Below are positions 26,592 to 40,914 of a DNA stretch of 64,000 nucleotides, piece by piece. The stretch's first letter is position 1. Each line of letters starts with the position of its first letter. Under the pieces are notes generated by a model. The model did not search any database. It saw only the letters and a program-made list of their open reading frames with translations, and was not told the origin of the DNA. A program made the position numbers and the translations under genes. The stretch is from the human T2T-CHM13v2.0 reference genome, Homo sapiens, in assembly GCF_009914755.1 (NCBI RefSeq), contig NC_060926.1; one strand, written 5' to 3'.

Positions 26592-27212
26592 CAATATTAG
26601 TCACGAAATGATTACTTTGAGTATGGTGTCCTGGAGCTGGTGCTCACTAGCTCATGAGGACTAATTATGCACATCTTTTTGCAACTCCACATTCAGTAAT
26701 GTCACATTGGTAACTTGAAATTGGCCATGGTGGGAGTATTTACACCATGGAAATTGGCAAACACTACAAATCAGGAATCATTTTTCAGAGTGCTGATTCT
26801 TAAACATTTTCCAGAATGTCATTGATTATTGCTCTAAGAAAGAAGCCCAAAACCTAAGTAGCTTAATACAGTAGAGTTCTATGTACTCACTCAAATGATT
26901 TTCAATGTGGGGATTTGGCAGGCAGCCTTCATGCAGTGCTTCGGAGCCCAGCATCTTTCCATCTGTGTGTCTACCAATCCCAGGGCCTTGGCGTCCTCTG
27001 CTGGATGTCTACATCCAGCTAGCAGATGGAGGAAGAGAATGGAAAATAACACAAGAGGTTTTCACAAGTCAGTCCTGGATGTGCTATATGTTACTTCTGT
27101 CCATTTTGAATTTTCAGTCCTTGGCCACACATAAAGGAAGTTTGGAATGGTAGTTTAGATTTATATTCCAGAGGAGAAAAATAGTTTGTAAAATAACTAG
27201 CTGGCCTGTATC
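26592..27212 (-). mobile_element. MLT1K/J-like LTR interrupted by MER63A
   Basis: CCCAAAACCTAAGTAGCTTAATACAGTAGAG...GGAGCCCAGCATCTTTCCATCTGTG...TTACTTCTGTCCATTT. Confidence 0.6.
26621..26824 (+). mobile_element. MER63A (hAT-Blackjack MITE)
   Basis: TTGAAATTGGCCATGGTGGGAGTATTTACACCATGGAAATTGGCAAACACTACAAATCAGG is diagnostic. Confidence 0.88.
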
Positions 27213-27214
27213 AT

Positions 27215-27440
27215 GAGTACTTTACAGTGGTCTAGGCACAGTTGCAAATATCTGTGAATGTAAATAGTTTATAAATCTTTGTCCACAAAACCCTTTAAGG
27301 TAGTTACTATTATTATTCATATATTATAAACAAATGAGCCTCAGAGTGATTAAGTAACCCTTTTGGCTAGATACCTGCTAAGTGGCAGAGATAGGACACA
27401 TCTCTATGAGTTGATACACTGAACCTAGAGCTTCAATAGT
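27215..27440 (-). mobile_element. MIR
   Basis: AGGTAGTTACTATTATTATTC...GAGCCTCAGAGTGATTAAGTAAC...CTAAGTGGCAGAG. Confidence 0.7.
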
Positions 27441-28124
27441 AACAAGATTTACTGGAACCAGCCATTTTGAAAGCTGCTCATATTGACCTTACAGGATAAT
27501 TCCTGCCAAAGGCAGATCTGAGGATTATGCTTAACCTTCCTGCCAATAATAAACTGCCAAACTAGAAACCTCAACTTATTTGTTGTATAGGGTAAGAAAG
27601 AAAGAAGGAGGCAAATATGGCCAAAGGTTTGAACTGTCCCATTGTTACTGGAAAGGCAGTGGGCTTCTCAGAACATCTTTTATTTACTATAGGTTTTAAT
27701 CTCACTGTTCCTGGATCCAAGATAAGATTATAAGCTTGGCTCTTACCAGGCATGAGACCCACAGCCTAACGAGAGCCTGAGAGCTGGTTTAAAGATGGAG
27801 AGCATGTATTGGAGATGAGAGGAGAGAATAGGGATATATTAGAATACAAACTTCATTGACATGACAATTTCTTATGATGTCTATTTCTGAAATGCTTATC
27901 CTAGTAGAGTTAACGCAGTTTTCTCATAACATCCATCCACTGAGTCCTTTATGTGCTTCAGACCTCTAGAATTAGAGCTACACTCTGTAGAAACTGATTG
28001 TGTAAAAAAGGAAAAAATGGTTAGCAGTAATGCATGAGAAAAGGATCATGAGCTTCAGAGGTCTGTAGATCTGGGCCTGAATACTACTGCAACTTATATC
28101 ACCACCACCACTAATACTATACTT

Positions 28125-28322
28125 CCTTGTGTTTACTGAGCTCATATAATGTGCAATGCATAGTTTTGAGAACTTTGGACCATTATCTAATTTAATCCTT
28201 GCAACAACTGTATGAGGTCAATATTACCCTTATCTCTACTATACAAACAAGGAAACTGAGGCATCAAAGGCTTAATTAACTTTCCAAAATTTACATAGTT
28301 TATAAGTGGATAATTAAATTCA
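28125..28322 (-). mobile_element. MIR
   Basis: TTTAATCCTTGCAACAACTGTATGAGGT...GGAAACTGAGGCA. Confidence 0.8.
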
Positions 28323-28781
28323 CATAAAACATTAAGCATATAGTTAATAGCTGATTAATCTGAACCATGTTAATGAACCTCTATTAAATGGGGTTGAAAT
28401 ACCTACATTCTTTAAAGATAAAACAAGACAGAGAAGTACCTTTGAGAGTGCCTGACACATAATAGGCGCATGATACATGTACACTGTTTCTCACTTGATT
28501 GAAATAAATCCAGACAGAAAAAAGTTTTTTTGTTTTGTTTTGTTTTTACAGTGGCAGACATTGAACACATTATTCCTGATAGAGGTTCGAGCATTTTTGT
28601 AAAAGGAGGAAAGGAGAAGCCTAGGAACATAAGAATAACTCAGTGGCACATGGGGAAGAGGGCAGTCACAGAGCATCAACTACTGAGGCTTCACCCAGGA
28701 TATAGAAAGGGTCTCACACCCATGGTGACAGTGACCTGGCTCTCAGCATAACATTAGAAGGTGCTTCGTCTCTGAGGTTCT

Positions 28782-29548
28782 TTGTCAGTTATCAATTTAT
28801 TACCTGTCAGCTTCAGATTTACCCTTTGTTATCTGCTTTGCAAAAATATAAGTAAGCCTTTTAAATAATTACTCCCCCTGCTGTCTGGCATGATGTTAAG
28901 TTTTTGTCAGTAGGAGACATGGAAAAGTCCTTCTAGGAGGAAGCAATAGTCTTTTCTAGTTCTAGTGTGCTCTCTCAGCAGACTCCTGCAGCATGCCTAG
29001 GTCATGCAGGACACACAGCTTCCTTAGTGCCTGGCTTCTGCAGTGCATGTATTCTCCAGCAACAGGCTCCTGAGTATGCACAGTTTCCCCAGCACCAGGC
29101 TCCTGCAGTGCACAGCGTCCCCAGCACCAGGCTCCTTGAGTATGACAACTTCCCCAGCACTTGCACAGCTATCCTCAGTACTCAGCAGCAAGTGATTTTG
29201 TAGCACAGTGTCTCAGGCAAACCACCTTTGCCCAGCACCCTAGAGGATAGATGAGTATGCGTGGCAGAACTTCTCTGCCATCCATAACCATGCCCTCCAC
29301 CAAGGTCTGGATCTCAGCCCTGGGGCAATGAGTGAGAGGCTCTTGGTAGGGTTCTCTCTTTCAGCCCTGAGGATAGTGGTTGCTCCTTAGCTCTTCTACA
29401 CCTGTGTTCTGTAGCACACTCTTTACCTCTTATTAGCCAATCCCTTACTACTTTAACGCTCTGTTATAGCTAGTAATTTTTATATTAAACTTCCTCTGTT
29501 CAAATTTCCACATAGTTCCTGTCTTGTGATTGGACCCTGACTAATGCA
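28782..29548 (+). mobile_element. LTR41-like ERVL solo LTR with internal ~31-32-bp tandem repeats
   Basis: AATTTATTACCTGTCAGCTTCAGATTTACCCTT...ATTAAACTTCCTCTGTTCAAAT...TGGACCCTGACTAATGCA; repeats of CCCCAGCACCAGGCTCCTG at ~29020-29160. Confidence 0.8.
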
Positions 29549-32500
29549 GGTACTCACTGTTGTCCTTACCCAGGTGGTGGCTAAAGGGGCTCAGGACTTA
29601 TTCCTAGGCCAGTAGCAAAGACTTTAGGCTCAAAGCAAAGCCACAAAGCAAGTTAATCCATGATATCACTGGAAGCTTCTATAACTTCCTGAGTTCAAAC
29701 ACTGACATTTTATCTTCCCCAGGAGAAGGGGTGAATTTAGTTCTATTTCTCAGGGTGATTGGAATGTTCTTTGTCTAGTGTATGTTTCAATACTAACTTA
29801 GATTCATCTATTTCTTTATTAGAAGAAAGGTCCTGAGAAAGCTAGCTTTGTAGATGAGGAAACTTTCTAAACAAAATTTCTGTGGTCGAATGGTATTAAA
29901 GTGTCCTCTATGGGCTCTATAATTCCAGCTGGCCATGTCTTTTGGCCAGTGAGAAAATCTGGCTTTGTATTTCAGTAAAATGTTGAAATTAAGTTGCTTT
30001 TAACTAAGCTTGAAGTTGGAAAATATGATCATACTGAGTAAGTAAATCACTCTAAATAATGGTCTGAATACCTTCTAGTTTTTCATTTCTATGGCACTGA
30101 GATAATCCATATAGGATTTCTTGGCTTTTGCAGTAGTGAATATGCCAATGTACTCTGATTAAATCACTGGAAAATGTAGAGAAAATTTCTCCTTTTGGAA
30201 ATAATTGTATTAGGTCAGATTCTCATCATAAGAAATTTCTTGGTAAGAAATTTAGAAAAGCAAAACAGAAAAATCAAAAAGTTTTTTTGCTCTGTCTTTA
30301 AACTCTAAGTACATCATTCTATGTAATCTTAAGGAATGGTTGCGTAGAAAATGTGAGAAAATATTTTTCAGATAGAAACTTGATAGGGCTAAATAGAATA
30401 AGAACTTAGTGTATTGTTTATAAACATGCACATTAATGTAAAATATTGTCATTGTTGGAGGAATATTTATGGTAACTCAATTAGAGAAATTACCATTCGC
30501 TTATAATCTTTCTCTTTAAATTGAAATATTGGAGTGTAATTTAAACTTTGGAAACTTTAAATTCTAGCTGTTCTGTCATTACATACAGAACAGCTTTCCC
30601 CCAAAATATTTTCAATTGGAACATTTTTAAATTTCATCATATAGTAATATCTAGGCTTTTCCCTATGCCCATTTCATTCTCTCAGTGAAAGATTGTCTGC
30701 TTTAGGAGTAAAAATAGCTCTTTCAGGTCTCATTACTACTAATAACAATTTTTTAAAATAATGTTAAACACAATGCTACATCTCAATGTAATGTTACTTA
30801 GTGCAAGGGCAACGCCTTGCAAACCTCAGAAGAGCCTAGAAAATAGCAGAATCTAAAATTTTAAGTTATTAAGAAAATACTAGATTATAATGAATGAGAT
30901 TATTCTAATGAAGGGACAAAATATATAAAGCAATTTTAGAAAGATTTATATTTGAAATAATGATTTTTTAAAAGTTTGAACCCTATAACACAACTCATTC
31001 CCTAATGGCTTTCTGATACCTGAGATTTTTCCAATTAGCTTAAAACATGACATTTTTAACTATCAGTATAAGTCAATATAGTTACTGTTTGTTACGTATT
31101 TGCTTTAAAATAAGTTCTTTATACATATTATCTCACTAAATATAATTTCTAGTTTCTTGTTTGGAAGTTGAAGCAGAGAGGTTAAAAAATTTCCCCAAAA
31201 CACATAGTTGGTAAGTGATAGAAATGGAATTTGACATAGAAATATGTGAAAATATGCATATTTTCACTATCCTACATTGCTTTTTCCTGATTCTAGGGTT
31301 AATATGAGTCATCATGGAACATAGTGAGTAATTTGGTACTATAAAGGAATTTGCTTGTTTTTTTTTAAAAAAAAGGTATTTACATTTCAAAGCAACCAAA
31401 TTAGAATAGAAAGAATTTTTAAGCTTCTTTTTTAAAGGAGAATTTTCAGTTCATTATTTAAGAAACTTAATGTATGTTTTCATTTTAAGTCAAAAAATAT
31501 TCCGATTTAAAGATGTATCGCCTTGTCTAATGTAGTTATGAGCCCTTCTCAAAACAGTCAGTCTGGAAGCCTGAAGAAATCGTAATGCAACTTCCAAAAG
31601 TCTCTAACCCTACTAGGGAGTAGCTTTGGCAGTAGGAGAATTTGGCTCTGCAGATTTCAGCCAAGACCCAGCCCAAGAAGTCAATTAGCTAGGAAAGATT
31701 AAACATCTGAAAATGTAAATTATTAGTTCAGTTGCAACTCTATGTGTTACATGTGTAGAAATGCAAAAACACATTTGTTCAAAGGATTTATCATTAACTG
31801 CCACATTGGACAGTACGAATACTTAGATATGCTTGCATAAACACATGAGTCACCTTTCATAAAATACAATTTTCCATGTAAGCAAACTATTGATGAATGT
31901 GGAGTCTAAGACATTTTCTCTTTGGCTGTTGTAAAATTTTCTATGAACGATAAGAAAGAACATCTTTGAATGCAGTAAGTTCAAGAGGATAGCTTGTCAC
32001 TGAGGGGAAGGGAAGCCAAGGGATCCCAACATCTCTCACTCCCATGTTCTAATGCAAGCATGCTTGCCAGGAAGCTTTCACTGTCTGAGATGAGTCATGG
32101 GTCCTGTGAGTTTCCTCCAGTTTAGGAAAAGAGAGACACACAGCTTCCTCCTGATGTCTTCTGAAGTTGACACTGTTTAAATGTGGCTTATCATAGAATT
32201 TTGAGGTCTTTCTTTTTCTTTCTTTCTTTCTTTCTTTCTTTTTTTTCTAAGTTAGAACAGAGAAAGAAATGCAAAGGGGCATTGAGGGTATGTCCACTCT
32301 GTGGATCCTATTCCAGGTGACTCATGTTTCTGTATCTCTTTCAAAATAAGTGCTTAGCCATATTAGTGGAATTAAGAAAGATGAGAAAATTCTGTTGTTT
32401 TTCAAACTCTTTTTTTATTTTGAGGTCTAGTTCTGGAAATAATGACTGTCCAGCAAATACCACCCAAACACTGATATCAATTGCAGCTTTAACAAAAAGC

Positions 32501-33249
32501 AACTTCCAGTCCCACCCTAACTGCAGCCCCCTGAAAGTAATTATTTAATAGCTCTTCTTCTCCCCTCAAAATTTCCCTGCACTCTCTTTGTTGCCTCTCT
32601 AGTTAGGATATATTTGTGTTTGATCATACTAGGTGGTAATCATTTTTCAATTTGTCTGTCCCTCTCCTCTGAGCTATGAGACTCCTAAAGATGTAGGCTA
32701 TTTTATAAATATTTTTAAAAGGCTAATCCTTAGTACTACTGGAACTGCCATAGAGACAGTACTTCACATTGGAGCAACATTAAAAATTTGAATTTATTAA
32801 CAAGACATTTATTAATAAAGATAGGATAATTTATTATATTAGTTTGATTCTAGACTTCTAGTGTTAAATTCTAAATTTTGTTAGCATAGAAAATTTCTTA
32901 TAAACATTATCTTTGGGTTAAGTGCTATTTACCTTTTAGAATACTATCATTTTTCTATTCTAATAAAATATGACGTTATAAATGCTATGGCAACATACAA
33001 TAAGATTTTTTAAATAGAGAAAATACACATAATTCAACATCTTAATAGCATTTCTACCACTATTCTTATGGGGTATTTTCCTGCAATTTTTGTAAAACTA
33101 TTTATATTGAATTGCTACAGACACAAACAATTGTAACCGTAGTTAAACTAATGGTGAGAAAATTGCTTAGCAGTAGTTTATAACATTGCAAAAAACATTC
33201 TGTACCACATGGAAAGCAACAGTGAAATGTCCAACTTAACTTGTGTGTG

Positions 33250-34700
<1,451 letters not shown>

Positions 34701-34849
34701 AATTTATATTACTTATAATACTTGTATCACTTTTTTTAGTATTTTTTAGATATTTATTTCTCCTTTGTATTTTATTACTTCATGATGTTTATTCATTATA
34801 CCTGGTGTAAATGACTTTAAAAGCCATTTTAGACAAATTATTATATTTC

Positions 34850-35775
34850 AGAGATTCTGGAAGGATGCCTTGCCTCTATTCTAATCCCAAATCCAGCCCA
34901 ATCTTTTCTTCTTTACTAAATAGATCTTCAATTGGTAACCAGGAAGATAAACAGCTCTAGCAATGTTTCTGTGTGGCCCACAGGTTAAAGCACTCCGATA
35001 ACATCTATGAGCACTTCTTTTGGAGTTAAAACTCAATGTACACATCCACCTGTATCCTAGTGAATGAAAATAAACAAATACACAGATGCCTTATATTCAA
35101 CATGGAACAAGACAAACCAAAGCTACCAATGAAACTATTAAAATTTTCAAATACAAAAATGAAATAACTATGTATAAAATATTAACAAGTGATGGAGTCA
35201 TAAAAAATGGTAGCTATCAAAAAACTGACAAAATATTAGATATATCTGGAAATGAGCTAATTAGAATTTGAAAATATACTTAGGAATATACATTACATGA
35301 TATATATGGCTATATATGTAATATAATAAATATATGCAATGAATATCTACCTCTACCTATTTATCTATGATTAAAGTTAAAAACTTGGTGAGTTAATCAA
35401 AGTAAAGATGAGAAATAAAGAAATAATTAGTGAAATGAAGACAATCTGATAATATTAATCTGATGTAGTTAGATTAGGAATTGAAAAATATAAAAATATT
35501 TTAGATATTTAAAAAAATCTAAAATATACCCACTGTGAGTCCCAGAAAGACAGACTAGAGATATCAAAAATAGCCAATATTTGAATGTTTAAAAGCCAAG
35601 AATTATCCATAAGTGATTAAGTATATGAGTCCATAGATGTAGGAAATATTATATGGCAAGCAACATAAATTTTAAAATTTACATAAGACACATTTTGGTA
35701 AAACTTCAAAACCTAAAAGACAAGGAGAACATCTTGAAACCAGTGAGAAAGATAAAAAAAATCAATTACAACTCT
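34850..35775 (+). mobile_element. Very old L1M 5'/ORF1 fragments
   Basis: A-rich; GAGTCCCAGAAAGA...AAAAGACAAGGAGAACATCTTGAAACCAGTGAGAAAG resemble L1 ORF1. Confidence 0.55.
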
Positions 35776-35776
35776 C

Positions 35777-36435
35777 AGCAATGAAAACATCATACTCAAT
35801 GCTGAAAGATTGAAAGCTGTACTCTAAGATCAGAAACAAGGCACATAGGCCCACTTTCGCTACCTCTGTTCAACATAGCACTGGAAGTCCTAGCCAGAGC
35901 AATTAGGCCATAAAAAGAAATAAAATATATCTAGCTTGGCAAGAAGGCAATAAAATTATTTTCCTTTACAGATAATATAAACTTGTATGTGAAAAATCCT
36001 AGAGATCACACACACACCCATATACATACACATGCATACACAATAATGTTAAGACTAACAAGTGAATTCGGCAATGTGCAGTATACAAAGCTAACAGACA
36101 AAAGTTAATTTCTTTCTATACAATAATACTGAAAAATCCAAAAAGAAAATGAAGAAAGCAATTCCATTTACAAAAGCATCAAAAAGTATAAAATACTTAG
36201 TAATTAAATTAACCAAGGAAGTGAGTAACTTTTACAATGAAGACGACAAAACATTTTGGAAAGAAATTAGAGTAAACATAAGTAAATGGAAAGAAAGCCG
36301 ATGGTCATGGATTGAAAGACATAATTAGTATTGGCAAGATGTCAATACTACCCAAAGTAATCTACAGGTTTAGTGCAATTTCTATCAAAATTCCAATGAT
36401 TTTTTTTTTCGGAAATAGAATAACCCATTTTAAAT
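35777..36435 (+). mobile_element. L1MB-type ORF2 fragment (segment A)
   Basis: CAACATAGCACTGGAAGTCCTAGCCAGAGCAATTAGG...GATGTCAATACTACCCAAAG...GAAATAGAATAACCCAT. Confidence 0.85.
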
Positions 36436-37088
36436 GGGATGAAACAGTATCTCACTATAGTTTTGATTTGCAGTTCTCTGACGATTACTGATGTTAAGCA
36501 TTTTTTCATGTACCTTATGGTCTTTGTATGTCTTCTTTTAAGAAATATTTGTTCAGATTGTTTGCCCATTTTCAAATTAGATTATTTTTTCCTATCAAGT
36601 TGTTTAGCTTCCTTATATATCCTGGTTATTAATCCCTTGTCAGAAGGGTAGTTTGCAAATCTTTTCTCCCATTCTGTGGGTTGTCTCTTCATTTTGTTGA
36701 TTGTTCCCTTTGCTGTGCAGAAGCTTTTTAGCTTGATGTGATCCCATTTGTCCATATGTGCTTTGGTTGCTGTGAAGTCTTAGTAAAAGAAATTGTTGCC
36801 CATACAAATGTCCTAGAGAGTTTTGCCAATGTTTTCTCCTAGTGGTTTTATATCTAGTTTTATAGTTTCTGGTTTTAAATTTAAGTCTTTAGTCCATTTT
36901 GATTTTATTTGTTTGTATACAGTGAGAGATGGGGTCTAGTTGTATTCTGCGTATGAGTATCCAGTTTCTCCAGCAGCATTTATTAAAGAGATTACCTTTT
37001 CCCCAATGTATGTTATTGGTGCCTTTGTCAAAAATGAGATGACTGTAAAAGCATGAGTTTATTTCTGGATTATCTATTCTGTTCCCTT

Positions 37089-37132
<44 letters not shown>

Positions 37133-37228
37133 GCAGTACATGCTGTGTTGGTTACTCTAGCTTTGTAGTATAATTTGAAGTCTGGTAATATAATACCTAC
37201 AGCTTTGTTCAGTTTTCTCAGGATTGTT
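36421..37228 (-). mobile_element. Inverted L1MA-type ORF2 3' segment (segment B)
   Basis: Minus ORFs ILRKLNKAVGIILPDFKLYYKA and IKTIVRYCFIP are L1 ORF2p; TTTGCTGTGCAGAAGCTTTTTAG. Confidence 0.92.
37090..37129. repeat. (GT)20 microsatellite
   Basis: Uninterrupted GT run inside the inverted L1. Confidence 0.97.
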
Positions 37229-37958
37229 TGTTCAGCCATTATAAAGAATAGTTTAGGGGTTCCTCAAAAGCTAAAAATATAACTACCATATGATCCAGCC
37301 ATCCCAGTGCTGGGCGTGTATTCAAAAGAAAGGAAATCTATATTGAAGAGACATTTGCACTCCCATGTTTATTGCAGCACTATTCACAATAGCCAAAATG
37401 TGGAATCAATCTTAAGAGTCCATCATAAAGAAAATGTGGTACATATACACAGGAATATTATTCAACCTGAAAAAGAATGAAATCCTGTCATTTTCAACAA
37501 CATATGTGGAACCGAAGGACATTATGTTAAGTGAAATAAGCCAGGCACAGGAAGACAAATATTGCATGTTCTCACCCATATGTGATAGCTAAATAAAGAA
37601 CACATGGAAATAGAGAGTGAAATAATGTTTACCAACAGTTGGGAAGAGTAGTGGGGGGTGGAATATAGAATGGATGGTTAATTGGTACAAAAACACAGTT
37701 AGATAGAAGGAATAAGATTTAGTGCTTGGTAGCACAATAGGGCAACTATGATTAACAATAATTTATTGTATATTTCAAAATAACTAAAAGGATGGGACTG
37801 GAATGATCCTAACACAAAGAAATTATAAATGCTTGAGGTGATAGATATCCCAAACAACCTGATTTGATCATTACACATTATATGCTTGTATCAAAATATC
37901 ACATGTAACACGAGTATATACAACTATCATGTATTCATGATAATTAAAAAATTTAAAT
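37229..37958 (+). mobile_element. L1MA3/4-like 3' end (segment C)
   Basis: AACTACCATATGATCCAGC...GATAGAAGGAATAAGATTTAGTG...CTGATTTGATCATTACACATT. Confidence 0.9.
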
Positions 37959-38587
37959 ATTTAAAAATAGCTAATAGTAAATTTAATGTTATATATATTT
38001 TACCACAATAAAAAATAGAAATGAAATAAACAAAATACCCAGCATGGATATGATACCATTTATATAAAATGTAAGTATAAGTATAAAACTTTAGAAAAAA
38101 GTCACAGTTTCCTGATACAAACTTATAGGAATATCTATGATATATTTCCAAGTATAAAAAGTAATTTGTAGGCTAATATGTATGGTATTATATTTTAATA
38201 AAAAGCAACTGGGAATATTTCAATATATCTGTAAATATGAAGGTGGTAGAAGGGATAATTTGTGTTGAATATGCTTATATATTATAGCAATTGTTTCAAC
38301 AACCATACATTACTATCATAATTTTTAAAATTAAATACAGAAAATATAAAAGAAATCATTTTGGTAAGGTTACATTGTATAGTAAGCTTTGTAAACCATT
38401 GTCTTTCACATTTGGTGAATGTATATTCCAAGTCTGAAGTACGCCTTTCACTTGTGTAATGGTACATAAGGTATTCTCTGTCATCTATTTATTCAACCCT
38501 GTTTACAGAAATTTTGCCATGGTACATCAAGAGTATAAATATGGCAGACAAGCTTTGCATAATCAGGATCAGCAGCTTTGAGTAAGA

Positions 38588-38592
<5 letters not shown>

Positions 38593-38640
<48 letters not shown>
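38593..38640. repeat. (TA)24 microsatellite
   Basis: 48 bp of uninterrupted TA. Confidence 0.98.
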
Positions 38641-38645
<5 letters not shown>

Positions 38646-38768
38646 CAAACTAATTCATATAATCTATGATATTCAGGGTTGGGGCTTTTTTGGTTTTCTA
38701 AAAAGAAACAAGAAATTAAAGACACTTGTTAAGTCACTCAAGTGAAGAACTACTTGGTTGTCCTTTTT

Positions 38769-39238
38769 TGGTGGGCAGATTGTAGTTGTTACCCAAATTG
38801 TTCTCATTTCTCAATATTCACGCCTTTTGGTAGTCCTCTCTCATACTGACAACAGGCCTATATCATATGATTTTCTTTGGTTAATGGTGCAATTAGCTGC
38901 AAACATCATATTGATAGGCTTGAAATGCGCTAGTGGATTAGGGCTTGCATTCTTGCTATTAGAACTCTGAAACCTCTCATGTGAAAACTTGGGCTAGCCT
39001 GTGGAGGATAAAAGATCATGTTGAGAGAGACCATATGATCTCAGCCAACCCACTAGCTTTTTGTAGACATATTAGCAAGCCCTCCCACCTAAGATCAGCC
39101 AAATCTGACCCAGAAAGAATTGCTGTTTAGCACAACCCAAATTACTGATTTGCAGAATAATCAAGAAAATAAATTGCTATTGTTTTAAGCCATAACTATT
39201 TTTGTTGGTTAGTTACTCAGCAAAAGAGAACTGATACA
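38769..39238 (+). mobile_element. MLT1H/G-like MaLR LTR
   Basis: TGGTAGTCCTCTCTCATACTGAC...GGGCTAGCCTGTGGAGGAT...TTGTTTTAAGCCA...GAGAACTGATACA. Confidence 0.8.
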
Positions 39239-39961
39239 TCTTCCCTGCACCCACAATCTTTTGTATTTGTATTGCTCCTACTCCATTTAACTGAAATTTA
39301 TTTTTAGTAGCTTGCCTTTATCTAGTTTTCATTTAAACAATAATTCTTTTTCATTCATATTTTATCACTTAGATAACTTTCAATCTTACTATATAAATAT
39401 AATGGCAAATAAAACTATCACAAGCAGGTTTGAGAATAAAAACAACTGATTCCAGGTAATCTTAGAACTCATTAATGGAGAACAGAAGTGCATGGGTGAC
39501 CTACAGAGTGACCTACAATCATGAGCATTTATCACGTTGTTGACATCAGTAAGAGGATGTAGCATGGGCTACGACAACACTTTAGGAGCTCTATTACACT
39601 AAGATCGCATTTCCTGTCTGACTTTACTATACTACTAAAGTTAAAAAATCCTAATATCCCTGCATCTCCTGGTCCAGCCAGTAAATGAGTTATCTTAATA
39701 ATTTAAAAATAATCAGGATCCCATGCATACTTAATCTAAAATTGCATATATATTTATAAACATAAAAAATATTTAAAATATTAAATTTTTGAAAGTACAT
39801 AATTTTATTACATTCCAAGACATTTATTATGTTACTATTATTCATGATAGGAAGACATGTGCATTGGAACTTCCAATTGATTTTTAATACAGACTGAAAT
39901 AAAAAGATATATAATTCCTGACATTAAATTGAATCAACCTAAGCAATTCTGTTAAGGCCGT

Positions 39962-40362
39962 TGTATTAGTAAAAACAAGTATCACAAAACTGACATAACA
40001 AATAATACCAAAATATCAGAGACTTAAAATAATTTGTTTTCTTGCTGGTGTGTCATAGTCCAAGGCTTGTAGGCTGTAATTTCTGTTCCCTCAAATTGGG
40101 ACCCAAACCTATTCTATCTGATAGAACTAACATCATTGTCACTTGGCCTCTATGATCCCCATAGAAAAAGAAGTGAGAGAGAGAATATAGTGAGGCTCTT
40201 GTGTTAGTTGAGAAGTTACACCTGACAGCTCTAATCATATTCTTTGCTCCGAAACTATCATATGACCTAATTATCTTTAGACTACAGCTAGAAAATCTGA
40301 TCTAGCTGTGTGCCCAGAAAAGGGAAACAGGGTTGGCAACCACCTCTCTAGTCTCTGCCACA
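39962..40362 (-). mobile_element. MLT1K-like LTR
   Basis: TGTATTAGT...AACAAATAATACCAAAATATCAGAGACTTAAAA...CTAGTCTCTGCCACA. Confidence 0.65.
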
Positions 40363-40914
40363 GTCATTAAACCTACTTTTTCATACCACAAATCTGAGTA
40401 CATCAAAAGTGTATCTAAATATAAGAGGGGTTTAAATGAACAACAATTGAAGTTAGTAGCAACTAAGTGATTCTCATAGAAGTTAAAGTGGCCGAGTGAT
40501 ATGGATACAGTCAAGAAGTCAGTCATGTGTTTTTGTGTTCATGGTGTTTTAAGATATATGAACATAATGATGTCCTTCTCTAGAGTTCAGATTCCTTTTT
40601 TATACTAGAAATAAGGAATTAATCAATTTCCAATTTCAAAGAGAGATTGGCAAATTGTTCCAGGAACATTCTGAGATGATGCTGGTGACTAGGAAAGGGC
40701 TGAGACAGGCTCCCTGACCTTCCAGATCACTTCCTCACTCCACATCTACTGACACTCTGGGCAAAAATTCAATATTGTGGTTTATTAAGAACAGATTTTT
40801 CCTTTCTGTACGTATTTCTCGTATTTCTTTCTAACTTCAAAGCCTAAAAGGAAGAGACTTATAAGCATGCCATATATGTGTGTGTATGTGTGTGTGTATG
40901 TATATAAAACATCT

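Noticed and set aside
28895-28925. CTCF site expected in LTR41
   Set aside because: The remembered consensus CAGTAGAGGGCGCTG reads CAGTAGGAGACATGG here, so the motif is destroyed
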